Positions 1-11,366 of a stretch of DNA of 64,000 nt are shown one piece after another. A program made the translations under genes and the position numbers. Below the pieces are notes generated by a model, which was not told where the DNA came from, did no database searches, and worked only from the letters and a program-made list of their open reading frames with translations. This DNA comes from Roseateles depolymerans (GTDB lineage Bacteria > Pseudomonadota > Gammaproteobacteria > Burkholderiales > Burkholderiaceae_C): contig NZ_QUMT01000007.1 in NCBI RefSeq assembly GCF_003387155.1, positions 88,912 to 152,911 of the forward strand, written 5' to 3'. Position 1 is the stretch's first letter; each line of letters opens with the position of its first letter.

Positions 1-831
1 AGCAGCGCCAGGGACAGTCCCAGCACCAGCGCCGTGGCCAGATTGGGGATCAGCTTGGGCTTGCCGGTGCCGCTGTCCACTCGCAGTTGCAGGCTCACGC
101 CCTGCAGGTCCAGCAGGCGCTCGGCCAGGTAGATGCCGCTGCCGCGGATCAGGCCGGTGCGGGCCAGACGCGTGCCGTCGCCTTCCACGAAGGACATCTC
201 GAACTGGCGGGCCTGCTCCGGCGAGATCGACTCTTCCAGCAGGGCCCGCAGGCCGACGGTGGCCACGACGTAGGACGGCGGCTCGCCCGCCCGCACACGG
301 GGCAGGCACAGGTCGGTGACCTCCAGGCCTTCGCCGTCCGGCAGTGGCACGAAGTAGGAGCGCGAGAACAGCGGCGTGCCCTGGCGCATCGCACCCGCGC
401 AGGCCAGCTCGGTCTCCAGTTGCAGTTGCTCGCGGCCCAGGCGGGCGAAGAGCGGCGGCAGGAAGGGCGATTCCACCACCCGTTCGATGCGGCGCTGCTG
501 GTCTCGTGATTCGATGCGCAGGATGATGCGGCTTTGACGCACCAGACCGGCGGCATTGCCGCGCCACTCGGCCTCATTCGCCCACATCAGGCCTTGCAGG
601 CCCTGCAGGTCGCGGCTCATCAGCTGCTTGGCATGAGCCGCCACTTCCGTGGCCGCCTGGTCCGCCGCCTCCTGCGCCCGCGACGCCTCGTGGCTCAGCG
701 TCAACGCCAGCAGCAAGGACTGTGCGATCAGCAGCAAGGCGACCAGGGCGCCCCACAGCGCGGCGCGACGCCGGCGGCGGGGTCGCGGCACCGGCGGCAA
801 CAGGGTGGACGGGGACAGGGTGGACGGCATG
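1..831 (-). CDS. Partial CDS (N-terminal part, runs off the window start): membrane sensor protein, probably a sensor histidine kinase. TM helix, ~220-aa periplasmic domain, second TM helix.
   Basis: Reverse-strand translation from ATG (complement of 829-831) gives MPSTLSPSTLLPPVPRPRRRRRAALWGALVALLLIAQSLLLALTL...IPNLATALVLGLSLALL, protein-like with two hydrophobic helices. Not in the ORF track because there is no stop inside the window. The + strand ORF 87..509 is its antisense. Confidence 0.45.
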
Positions 832-1138
832 AGCGCTGAAAAATGCCCAGGAGGCGGCAGAAGGTGGCACGATCCGACCGGATCGGCGCAGAAGCATCTT
901 GCGGCCCGATCGCCGGCCTCGAGGAGGCAGGCAGTATGCGCCCGCCAGCGCGCGCCGGAATGCGCGGTATCGCGTATCCAATGGGGGTTCGCTGGCATGC
1001 AGCATACGCATAGTACGTAGTGATCGTTGGCGGACGGGCTCCTACAATCGCTCACCCAACCCATTGCTGAATCAGCTGCGGCCGGGCTTTTCGAGACATC
1101 GAGACCGGCGTCAAGGCCCCAACCCGACTGAGTCCTTC

Positions 1139-3436
<2,298 letters not shown>

Positions 3437-3445
3437 TGGAGCCCC

Positions 3446-3476
3446 CGGTTTTGCGCGCCTAGCGCGCGCAAAACCG
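3446..3476 (+). terminator. Perfect GC-rich palindrome just after the maeB stop: ggttttgcgcgc-cta(gc)-gcgcgcaaaacc. Terminator-like hairpin or symmetric protein-binding site.
   Basis: 12-nt perfect inverted repeat seen directly; no U-tract follows. A second weak hairpin with a T6 run lies at ~3658-3686. Confidence 0.4.
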
Positions 3477-3951
3477 CCCCCCAAGGGGGCTGCGGGCCGG
3501 CTTGGGGCGGCCCGGCGCCGGCCCTCTCGCTAACCTACACCCCCGCTTGGACGGCGCTACGCGCGTCTGGCGCGACTACGTGCCTAGAGGTGGCTTCGGT
3601 GGAGGGGTGGGCTTCAGATTCGGGCGTCGGGCGGGACTAGGTGCCAAGAGGGGCTTCGATCGGGGCCTCTTTTTTATGCGTGGGAAAGCGCCTGGATCGG
3701 CGCCGTGCGGAGCATCGCGCGCGGGAGCGCGGGGATGCGTTCTGTCAAAAGTTCCTGCGTTGCAGGGGTATTGGTGTTGTCGGAAATCGCCCCGACAGAA
3801 AAAGTTTGTAGAAGCTCACCACACGAAGAACGACACGTGACATTGTGAGTTGATCAACTCCTCTTTGAGTGTGAGCGCGTGCCAACAATGCCGCTTTTTA
3901 GGGCATTGCGGCAGACCCTGGCTTGAGCATTGATGGCCCTTTCTGTACCAT

Positions 3952-4437
3952 TTGCGCTTCAGGATTCAGGGTAAACCCGTGTTTTCGCACAATCAAGGGC
4001 GCACCGGAGCGGTTCCGCTTCGCCGAGGATGGCACTCTTTCTGGACAGCACTGGCCACCACCGCCACGCTGACCAGCGCCCTTCTGGGCGCCAGTGCCGC
4101 CCTCGCCCGAGAGAGCCGCGACAACAGCACCACCCGCGAACGGTGGGGTGACACGGTCGCCTTGCAGGCACTTCCCGCCGAAGCCCAAACCACCTACCAG
4201 CTCGTGCTGTCAGGCGGCCCCTTCCCCTTCGAGAAGGACGGCACCGTGTTCGGGAACCGCGAACGGCAATTGCCCGCCAAGGCTCGTGGCTACTACCGCG
4301 AATACACCGTCAAGACCCCCAAGGCCCGCAATCGCGGCGCCCGGCGTCTGGTGTGCGGCGGAACCCCACCCACGAAACCTGATGCTTGTTATTACACCGA
4401 CGACCACTACGTGAGCTTCTCAAAGATCACGCCGTGA
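3952..4437 (+). CDS. Secreted guanyl-specific ribonuclease, barnase/RNase Sa (microbial RNase N1/T1) family, with N-terminal signal peptide
   Basis: C-terminal catalytic region YYREYTVKTPKARNRGARRLVCGG...YYTDDHYVSFSKI matches RNase Sa/barnase motifs (YxEYTV.TP, RG.RR.v, YyT.DHY.tF). Hydrophobic signal-like segment WHSFWTALATTATLTSALLGASAALA. Start is TTG 3952 or GTG 3979. Confidence 0.75.
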   Translation: MRFRIQGKPVFSHNQGRTGAVPLRRGWHSFWTALATTATLTSALLGASAALARESRDNSTTRERWGDTVALQALPAEAQTTYQLVLSGGPFPFEKDGTVFGNRERQLPAKARGYYREYTVKTPKARNRGARRLVCGGTPPTKPDACYYTDDHYVSFSKITP

Positions 4438-4481
4438 CCCGGCGGAACCGCAATCTGTGACCATCTAGGAGGAACGCGACC

Positions 4482-4877
4482 ATGCAATTGCAGACAGTCC
4501 GTCCCAACATCGTGCAGGCGATCAGAGCCTACCGGGTAGAGGACTTGATGCAGGCTGCCCAAGATGCCGGCCAGCATTTCCTGTACGCCAACCTGGCGGC
4601 AGCGGACACCAAGCAGGACGTGCTGGAAATGATCGCCAGCGCCTTCCTGTTCCCGGCGCATTTCGGCAAAAACCTCGATGCGCTCTACGACTGCATGACC
4701 GACCTGGTCCACAAGTCCGGCAGCCAGCCCGGCTTCGTCGTGGTCCTGGACCAACTGCCCGACCACGCCCGCTTCGACCGCGAAGCACGCGAACAACTGC
4801 TCGATGTCTTCCGCGAAGCGGCCGACTTCTGGGGAGAAAGAAAAATACCCTTCAGGTGTTTTTATTCTTTTCAGTAG
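4482..4877 (+). CDS. Barstar-like ribonuclease inhibitor (immunity protein for the upstream RNase)
   Basis: GKNLDALYDCMTD...LLDVFREAA aligns with barstar GENLDALWDCLTG...VLQVFREA. AGGAGGA Shine-Dalgarno at 4467-4473. Starts 45 nt after the RNase stop. Confidence 0.75.
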   Translation: MQLQTVRPNIVQAIRAYRVEDLMQAAQDAGQHFLYANLAAADTKQDVLEMIASAFLFPAHFGKNLDALYDCMTDLVHKSGSQPGFVVVLDQLPDHARFDREAREQLLDVFREAADFWGERKIPFRCFYSFQ

Positions 4878-4910
4878 CCCGCTCCCAAGAAATCGGGTCA
4901 TGGGAGCGGG
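4878..4910 (+). terminator. Stem-loop cccgctccca-(13 nt)-tgggagcggg immediately after the barstar stop
   Basis: 10-bp perfect inverted repeat seen directly; no U-tract. Confidence 0.35.
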
Positions 4911-5092
4911 CGACTGAGGTGGCCCCCGCAGAGAAGCCGGTGCTCAAGAGCACCAAGACCAATCCAAACCCCAACTTCGGCATGAACATGCCGATGATGT
5001 GCAGCGCTTTCGACACGTCCATGTGGCTCAACGCCGCGTGAAGCTCGTCGCCGTCTGAGCCGTCTTTCCGCAAGATCGACGCACCAGGGAAC

Positions 5093-5125
5093 AAAAAGGC
5101 CTTCCGGCAACGGAAGGCCTTTTTT
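5093..5125. terminator. Bidirectional rho-independent terminator: aaaaa-ggccttccg-gcaa-cggaaggcc-tttttt
   Basis: 9-bp GC-rich stem flanked by A5 and T6. Sits between the 3' end of rsmA (-) and the barstar region (+). Confidence 0.7.
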
Positions 5126-5171
5126 GCATCTGAGCCCCCGGACCTTGGAACGTTCAGAACGTTCCGAGGGT

Positions 5172-5939
5172 TCAGAGCGATTGCGCCAGCGCCACGAATT
5201 CCGCCACCGGCACCTCTTCCGCACGCCGATGCAGATCGAAGTCGCCGCCATACCCCCGCGCTTCCAGCCACCGGCCCAGGCTGTGACGCAGCAGCTTGCG
5301 CCGCTGGGAAAACGCCGAGGCCACCATCTCGCTGAACAGCGCCTCGTCCAGCACCGCCGGCGTGGCCCAGGGGGTCATGCGCACGATGGCCGAATCCACC
5401 CGCGGCGGCGGGTCAAAGGCTTCCGGCGGCACATCGAACAGGGCCTCGACGTCATACCGCCACTGCAGCATGACGCTCAAACGCCCATATTCCTTGCCGC
5501 CCGGTCCCGCCGCCATGCGGTCCACGACTTCCTTCTGCAACATGAAGGTCTGGTCCACCACCTGCTCGACGTACTGCAGCAGATGAAAGAGGATGGGCGA
5601 GGAAATGTTGTAGGGCAGATTGCCCACCACCCGGATCTTGCGACCCCGCTCCTGCGCCAGCGCCCCGAAGTCCACCTTGAGCACGTCGGATTCGATGACG
5701 GTCAGGTCGCCCCGCTTGCGCAGCCGTGCCGCCAGATCGCGGTCCAGCTCCACCACCGTCAGCGGCTGGCTGCTGGCCGGCAGGCGCTGCAGCAGCGGCA
5801 AGGTCATGGCGCCCAGCCCGGGGCCGATCTCCACCATCGACTGGTCGTCCCCAGGCGCGATGGCGTCGATGATGGCGTCAATGACGGCCTTGTCGGTCAG
5901 GAAGTGCTGGCCGAAGCGCTTGCGCGCGATATGTGCCAT
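5172..5939 (-). CDS. rsmA: 16S rRNA (adenine1518-N6/adenine1519-N6)-dimethyltransferase
   Basis: [46 protein letters not shown]... carries the KsgA/RsmA SAM-binding motif. 255 aa. Confidence 0.9.
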   Translation of the reverse strand: MAHIARKRFGQHFLTDKAVIDAIIDAIAPGDDQSMVEIGPGLGAMTLPLLQRLPASSQPLTVVELDRDLAARLRKRGDLTVIESDVLKVDFGALAQERGRKIRVVGNLPYNISSPILFHLLQYVEQVVDQTFMLQKEVVDRMAAGPGGKEYGRLSVMLQWRYDVEALFDVPPEAFDPPPRVDSAIVRMTPWATPAVLDEALFSEMVASAFSQRRKLLRHSLGRWLEARGYGGDFDLHRRAEEVPVAEFVALAQSL

Positions 5940-5953
5940 GAGGTGTCAGCCGA

Positions 5954-7423
5954 TCAGTCCAGCCACTCACGCGTCTCGATGAAGGCGCGGGCGCGCAGTT
6001 CCTTCATCCAGTCCGAATAGGCCTCTTCATACTTGCGCTCACGCAGGGCCATGCGGGCTTGGTCGCGCAACTGCTTGTTGTCCAGCACCACGTCGCGGCG
6101 CTCCAGCACCTGGATCAGGTGGATACCGAAGCGCGAAGCCACCGGATTGGAGATGCCGTTCAGCGGCAGCTGGTCCATCGCTTCTTCAAATTCCGGCACG
6201 AAGCTGCCCGGGCCGACCCAGCCCAGATCGCCGCCCTCCTGGGCACTGCCGTCTTCCGAGTTGGCACGCGCCAGCTGTTCGAAGGTGGCCCGGCCCGATT
6301 CGATCGCCCGCTTGAATTCGGCCAGGCGACGCGTCGCCTGTTCCGGACTCAGTTGCTCGGACGGACGCAGCAGGATGTGACGGGCATGCGTCTGCACGAT
6401 GGTGTTGATGGACGCCTTGCTCGCCTGGCGCTCGACCAGCTTCAGCACATGGAAGCCGGCCGCCGAACGCAGCAGCGTGGGGCGCAATTCGCCGGACTTC
6501 AGGTCCCGCACCGCATCGACGAACACGTCGGGCAGCTTGTCCGCAGAGCGCAGGCCGATCTCGCCCCCCTTGCTCTTGTTGGCGTCCTCGGACATCTCCT
6601 GGGCGACCTTGGCAAAGGATTCCCCATTCTTGATGCGCTGCAGGGCAGCCTCGGCCTTGGCGCGGCGCTCCTCCACCACCGCGGCGGGCGCGCCTTCGGG
6701 CACCGGCACCAGCACCTGGGCGATGTTGAGCTGGGCGCGGTCCTGCAGGGCGGCCTGGCGTTCATCGAGATACTTGTCGATCTCGCCGTCGGTCACCCGG
6801 ATGCGCCCCTGCACTTCACGCTCGCGCACCCGCTCGCTCAGCATCTGGTCGCGCAGGTTCTCGCGGAAGCGCTTGAAGTCGATGCCTTCGGCGGCCAGCC
6901 GCTTGCGCAGCTCGTCCATCGTCAGCTTGTTCTGCGTGGCCACGTTGGCCACCACCCGGTCCAGTTCGGGCTCATCCACCCGCGGGCCGTTCTCGCGCGC
7001 ATAGGTGGTGACCACCCGCTCGTCGATCAGGCTGTCCAGCGCCTGCTTGTGGATCAGCTCGTTGGTGGGATTTTCATTGCGGCGGCGCGCTTCTTCCTTC
7101 ATGCGCTCCTGGCGCTGGACGACTTCCGAGGCCGCCACGATGTCGGAGTTCACCACGGCGGCGATGTAGTCGCCGGGCTTGAGCGTGCGCTGCTCCACCG
7201 GCGCACGCGCTGCAGCGGCACGACCGGCTTCAGCGCCTGCGGCGTCCGACGCAGGGGTCGCTGCGGGTGCCGCAGCCGCCGGGGCCGATGCGCCGCGCGA
7301 GGCCGCCTTGGCCGCGGCGGATTCGCCCCCTTGCGCCCAGGCGGATCCGGCGGTGGCCGCCAGGGTAAGGAGAGTGGCAGCGGCCAAAGGCTGGAGTTTT
7401 CGCATCGAACGCAGTTCAGTCAT
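5954..7423 (-). CDS. surA: Periplasmic chaperone / peptidyl-prolyl cis-trans isomerase SurA
   Basis: Signal peptide MRKLQPLAAATLLTLAATAGSAWA, SurA N-domain and two parvulin PPIase domains. The ORF-track start 7432 is a TTG; ATG 7423 or 7405 is more likely. Confidence 0.85.
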   Translation of the reverse strand: MTELRSMRKLQPLAAATLLTLAATAGSAWAQGGESAAAKAASRGASAPAAAAPAATPASDAAGAEAGRAAAARAPVEQRTLKPGDYIAAVVNSDIVAASEVVQRQERMKEEARRRNENPTNELIHKQALDSLIDERVVTTYARENGPRVDEPELDRVVANVATQNKLTMDELRKRLAAEGIDFKRFRENLRDQMLSERVREREVQGRIRVTDGEIDKYLDERQAALQDRAQLNIAQVLVPVPEGAPAAVVEERRAKAEAALQRIKNGESFAKVAQEMSEDANKSKGGEIGLRSADKLPDVFVDAVRDLKSGELRPTLLRSAAGFHVLKLVERQASKASINTIVQTHARHILLRPSEQLSPEQATRRLAEFKRAIESGRATFEQLARANSEDGSAQEGGDLGWVGPGSFVPEFEEAMDQLPLNGISNPVASRFGIHLIQVLERRDVVLDNKQLRDQARMALRERKYEEAYSDWMKELRARAFIETREWLD

Positions 7424-9788
7424 AAGTGCCAAAGGCCGAGCGTTCCGAGCTCAGCGAACGGTAACCGGGGATATTGTCTCTCAACACCTTCAGCGCATTG
7501 GAGCCCAGCGGGGACAGGCCCACCAGCTCCAGCTGCAGGATCAGGCGGGTATTGGTTTCGGCACGGCCGGTGGCCTCGCGCTCCACCCCCATGCGCAGGA
7601 TCCAGCAGCCGGAATCGTATTCGGCGCCCACCACCGAGTCGGTGAAGCGCTTGTCCCGCATCGAATACTGCAGACGACCGGCGCCATACCAGGCGCCCTT
7701 GCAACCCGGTCCGCCCTGGACGGCCTTGCGGTCCGGGCCAAACAGCGGCCACTGCCAGGCCAGCTCCAGCTGCTCGCTCTGTCCGCGCGCCAGGCGGTAG
7801 GACGCGCTGAGCGTGCGGAAGGGGCCGGGGGAATAGCGCAGGCGCAGCACGGTCCGCTCCACCTTGCCATCGGACGAGTTGAGCTGCAGCGTGCTGTCCG
7901 TCCACCAGGCCTGGTTCAGGTGGGCGGAGCCCAGCAGCACCACGTCGGAGAGGCGGTGGGTCTGCGGCGTGCCGTCGGGGGTGATCTTCTGGTCGCGCAG
8001 CAGGTAGCGCTGCACCATGCCCAGACGCAGCTGTTCCTCGCCGCGCTCGTCCTCGATCCAGCGCGTGGTTGCGCCGAAGGCCACCATGTGGGCATCGCTG
8101 ACGCGGTCTACGCCGGAGAACTGGTTCTCGGCGAAGACGGAGTCGAAGTTGTAGTCGCGCGGCGCCGAATCGAAATTCGGCACGTCGGTCTGGTCCCGGT
8201 AAGGGGTGTTGACGTAGAGCAGCCGGGGCTCCAGCGTCTGGCGGGCGTTCTGTCCGAACAGCGTGGTGTCGCGCTCCAGGATCCAGCCGTGGTCCACGCT
8301 GAAGGTCGGGATGGTGCGGCTGATCGAGCGCTGGCCGTTGAGCAGCGGCTGGTCGGTGTGATAGCTGGCGGAATTGAGCGACACCTTCGGGATCAGCCAC
8401 CAGGCGGCTCCGCTGAAGGGCAGGCTCACATGGCCCAGCATGTGCATCCGCTCGCCCGTCTGGGTCTGGCTGCTGAGCGAGCCGGTGGGCAGGTCGAAGC
8501 GGTTGTATTCCACCTCCACGCCGCCTTCCAGGCGCGCACGCCGACCGGTGGGCAGGTAGCCCGCCAGCACGGAATCGTCCGCGCCGGTCTGCAGCCGCAT
8601 GCCGATCTGGGGCGAGCGCTGGTAGGGCGTGGTGAACTGGTCCGCGACTTCCGGCACCTGCAGGGCCTGCCAGTGCTGCACACGGGCGTAGGTCTGCAGA
8701 TCCCCCCAGTTGAAGTTGTAGTCCTTCTGGGTGCGGAAGTCCTGTTGCAGCAGACGGGGGGTCTGCGTGCTCATGCGGCGGCGGAAGTCTTTCCAGTAGT
8801 CGTCGTCGGACACCCGCTCGGCATTGATGTCGTAGCGCCAGGTGTCGGTGAAGTCGCCCTGGTTGAGCAGGCGCAGGTCCCAGCGCGAGCGTCCGGCCAC
8901 CCGGTCATTGGGCAGCCACGCGAAATTCACGGCGCCGCGGTGTTGCGGCTCCAGGTAGCGGAATTCGCTGTCCACGCCCGCGCCGCGCTTGGTCATCACG
9001 TAGGGCGTGAAGGTGGCGTCGCGGTTGGGCGCGATGCTCCAGTAGTAGGGCTGGCCGAATTCGAAACCGCTGCGGTTGTCGATGTTGACGTTGGGCGGCA
9101 GCAGACCGGACTTGGGCTGATCGCCCAGCGGGAAACTCAGCGACGGTGCTGCCAGGATGGGCACGCCCAGGAACTGCACCGTCGCGCCTTTGGCCACGCC
9201 CTCGCCGGCTTCGAAGTCCAGCTCCAGGCTCTTGGTGATCAGCACCCAGTCCCGCTTTTTCTCGCCGTCCTCGGACACCGGGCAGGTGCTGTAGGTGGCC
9301 TCCTCGGCCCGCATGCGCTGTTCGCCAAGGAAACGCAGCACCTTGGCGTTGCCGCTGCCGCCGGTGGTGGAGAAGAAATAGTTGGGACTGTCCAGCTGGC
9401 CTTCGAAGCGGTCCACGAACAGGCTCAGCGACGGACCGCGCAGCACGGCGCCGTTCTGGCTCAGCTCGACATTGCCTTCGGCCGTGGCCAGGTCCTGCTC
9501 GTGGTCGTAGCGCAGGGTGCGGCTCTTGAGCAGCAGGCCCCCGTAGCGCAACTGCACATCGCCTTCAGCGGTGGAGAGCTGGTCCAGTTCAGACGTGATC
9601 CGGTCGGCCTGCAAGGCCATGGCGGGGCGCACATCCTTGCGGCGTGTCTGGTTCAGCTGCTTGGCGGGCTTGAGCGCCAGCGGTTCGCCGGCGGATTCCT
9701 GCGCGAACGCACTGGGCGCTGCGGGCAGGGCCACAGCCAACAGGGCAGCCAGGGGCAAGGGGCGGAGTCGAAAAACCGATGAGCGCAT
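7416..9788 (-). CDS. lptD: LPS-assembly outer membrane protein LptD (OstA/Imp)
   Basis: From ATG 9788: MRSSVFRLRPLPLAALLAVALPAAPSAFAQ, then an OstA N-terminal domain and a large beta-barrel. Stop overlaps the surA start as in the conserved lptD-surA arrangement. Confidence 0.85.
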   Translation of the reverse strand: MRSSVFRLRPLPLAALLAVALPAAPSAFAQESAGEPLALKPAKQLNQTRRKDVRPAMALQADRITSELDQLSTAEGDVQLRYGGLLLKSRTLRYDHEQDLATAEGNVELSQNGAVLRGPSLSLFVDRFEGQLDSPNYFFSTTGGSGNAKVLRFLGEQRMRAEEATYSTCPVSEDGEKKRDWVLITKSLELDFEAGEGVAKGATVQFLGVPILAAPSLSFPLGDQPKSGLLPPNVNIDNRSGFEFGQPYYWSIAPNRDATFTPYVMTKRGAGVDSEFRYLEPQHRGAVNFAWLPNDRVAGRSRWDLRLLNQGDFTDTWRYDINAERVSDDDYWKDFRRRMSTQTPRLLQQDFRTQKDYNFNWGDLQTYARVQHWQALQVPEVADQFTTPYQRSPQIGMRLQTGADDSVLAGYLPTGRRARLEGGVEVEYNRFDLPTGSLSSQTQTGERMHMLGHVSLPFSGAAWWLIPKVSLNSASYHTDQPLLNGQRSISRTIPTFSVDHGWILERDTTLFGQNARQTLEPRLLYVNTPYRDQTDVPNFDSAPRDYNFDSVFAENQFSGVDRVSDAHMVAFGATTRWIEDERGEEQLRLGMVQRYLLRDQKITPDGTPQTHRLSDVVLLGSAHLNQAWWTDSTLQLNSSDGKVERTVLRLRYSPGPFRTLSASYRLARGQSEQLELAWQWPLFGPDRKAVQGGPGCKGAWYGAGRLQYSMRDKRFTDSVVGAEYDSGCWILRMGVEREATGRAETNTRLILQLELVGLSPLGSNALKVLRDNIPGYRSLSSERSAFGTYD

Positions 9789-9953
9789 CAAGCAGGGCGG
9801 CGTCTTGCGGAGGTCAAGGCAGCCGCGCGAGAACGCGAGGCGCTGCCCAGGGTTTGTAGAATCATTATCCACGAGGCGGGCCGCCGCGACGGGACGACGC
9901 CCGAATGCGTGGCTTGCCCATCCCTTCACGCCCCACACGGGCGCGTCCCTTCA

Positions 9954-10024
9954 GTGCTCACTCTGGCTTGTCCGCTCAGCGCTCACTCTGGCCCGTCCTC
10001 TCCGTCTTCACTCTGGCCCGCCCT
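9954..10024. repeat. Three ~20-nt direct repeats (core ctcactctggc) spaced 25-26 bp apart in the lptD / phosphotransferase divergent promoter region
   Basis: gtgctcactctggcttgtcc (9954), gcgctcactctggcccgtcc (9979), tcttcactctggcccgccct (10005) seen directly. Confidence 0.4.
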
Positions 10025-10044
10025 CTTAGTCCTCTGCCCATTCC

Positions 10045-11319
10045 ATGACCCTCTCCGCCACGCCGGTGACCTGGCCCGACCCGCAACGCGCCCTGCTGTT
10101 CCAGTCCTGGCTGGCGCCCCTGGTCGGCCCGCACGGACTGCTGCCGGACACGCTGGCCGCCGCCAGCAGCGATGCCAGCAGCCGGCGCTACCTGCGCCTC
10201 CAGACCCGGGACAGGGGCAGTCTCATCGTCATGGACGCTCCGGCCACGCCCAACCAGGTGGCAGCCTTCGTGTCGGTCGGCCGCATGATGGCCGCTTGCG
10301 GCCTGCATGTGCCGGCCCTGCACGCCCACGATGAAGTCAACGGCTTCGCCCTGCTCGAAGACCTGGGCAGCACCAGCTATCTGCAAGCGCTGCAGGCGGC
10401 CCAGCAGTCGGGGGACCTGGGCAGTGCCCAGGCGCTTATGCGGGACGCCACCGCCGCCCTGCTGCGCTGGCAGGCCAGCGGCCACGGCGACGCCCTGCCC
10501 CGCTTCGATGACGCCTTCGTGCGACGCGAGCTGCAGATCTTCGTGGATTGGTGCGTGCAAGCCCACCACGGCAAGCAGTGGACGGCTCAGCAGCAAAACT
10601 ACTGGGACCGCACGGTTACCGCGCTGGCCGCCAACATCGCGTCGCAGCCGATGGTGCCGATGCACCGGGACTACATGGCCCGCAATCTCATGGTGTGCAC
10701 AAACGCTGGCGGCGCCGGGACCGGGTCTACCGCACAGGCAACAAAGGCCACGCCACCCGCACCGGTCACACCGGCTGCATCGACCACATCAGCTGCATCG
10801 ACCACATCGGCTGCATCAGCCACATCAGCCGCATCGGCTGCATCGGCCTCACCGGGCGCAGAGGCCCTTCCGCTTGCGACCAATCCCGGCGTGCTGGACT
10901 TCCAGGACGCGGTACTGGGCCCGATCACCTACGACATCGGCTCGCTATTGCGCGACGCCTTCCTCTCCTGGGACGAAGCCGAGGAGATCGACTGGGCCGT
11001 ACGTTACTGGGAAGGCGCCCGCCGGGCCGGTCTTTTCGGGCTGGACGCCAGCGGCGAGGACCCGCATGAGATGGCGCAGGACTTCGGCGTGTTCTGGCGT
11101 GCGCTGGAATGGACGGTGCTGCAGCGGCACCTGAAGATCCTGGGCATCTTCTGCCGCCTCAAGCATCGGGACGGGAAACCGCACTATGCGGAGGACCTGC
11201 CCCGGTTTTATGCCTACGTCGTCAAGACGGCGACGCGGTATGTCGAGCTGTCCCCGCTGCTGCGCCTGATGGAAGACCTTCAGCCGCAACTGCTGCAGAC
11301 CGGTTTCAGCCTTCGCTGA
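10045..11319 (+). CDS. Aminoglycoside phosphotransferase (APH) family kinase. Its position divergent from lptD suggests an anomeric MurNAc/GlcNAc kinase (AmgK-like). Carries an in-frame low-complexity insertion.
   Basis: APH-fold motifs (HRDYMARNLMV, DFQDAVLGP.TYDI). Insertion TPPAPVTPAASTTSAASTTSAASATSAASAASA is encoded by 15-bp tandem repeats at ~10774-10850. The AmgK assignment rests on synteny only. Confidence 0.6.
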   Translation: MTLSATPVTWPDPQRALLFQSWLAPLVGPHGLLPDTLAAASSDASSRRYLRLQTRDRGSLIVMDAPATPNQVAAFVSVGRMMAACGLHVPALHAHDEVNGFALLEDLGSTSYLQALQAAQQSGDLGSAQALMRDATAALLRWQASGHGDALPRFDDAFVRRELQIFVDWCVQAHHGKQWTAQQQNYWDRTVTALAANIASQPMVPMHRDYMARNLMVCTNAGGAGTGSTAQATKATPPAPVTPAASTTSAASTTSAASATSAASAASASPGAEALPLATNPGVLDFQDAVLGPITYDIGSLLRDAFLSWDEAEEIDWAVRYWEGARRAGLFGLDASGEDPHEMAQDFGVFWRALEWTVLQRHLKILGIFCRLKHRDGKPHYAEDLPRFYAYVVKTATRYVELSPLLRLMEDLQPQLLQTGFSLR

Positions 11320-11366
11320 GGCGTCTTCGCTGCGGCATCTTCGCTGAGCGCGCCGCTGCGCGGCCA

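Noticed and set aside
899-1138. N-terminal extension of maeB. Similar extensions precede patatin (19284), metX, metW, pyrF (38992), the response regulator (39217), GST (29179), GNAT (30628) and lptD (9938).
   Set aside because: Extensions are non-protein-like and homolog N-termini begin at internal Met. The ORF track also reports TTG/GTG starts as M (e.g. 7432 and 3952 are TTG).
3502-3840. 112-aa ORF in the maeB-RNase intergenic region
   Set aside because: Gly/Arg-rich, no Shine-Dalgarno, spans hairpins and a low-GC stretch. Likely non-coding.
10774-10850. Short tandem repeat arrays considered as CRISPR (also 20619-20716, 30647-30680, 36862-36900, 44877-44940)
   Set aside because: Units are 5-15 bp with no spacers, several are in-frame within genes, and no cas genes are present. 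They are microsatellite-type repeats, not CRISPR.
10307-11134. 275-aa + ORF rich in His/Pro/Thr repeats overlapping the phosphotransferase gene
   Set aside because: Alternate frame of the repeat-containing real gene; a low-complexity artefact.
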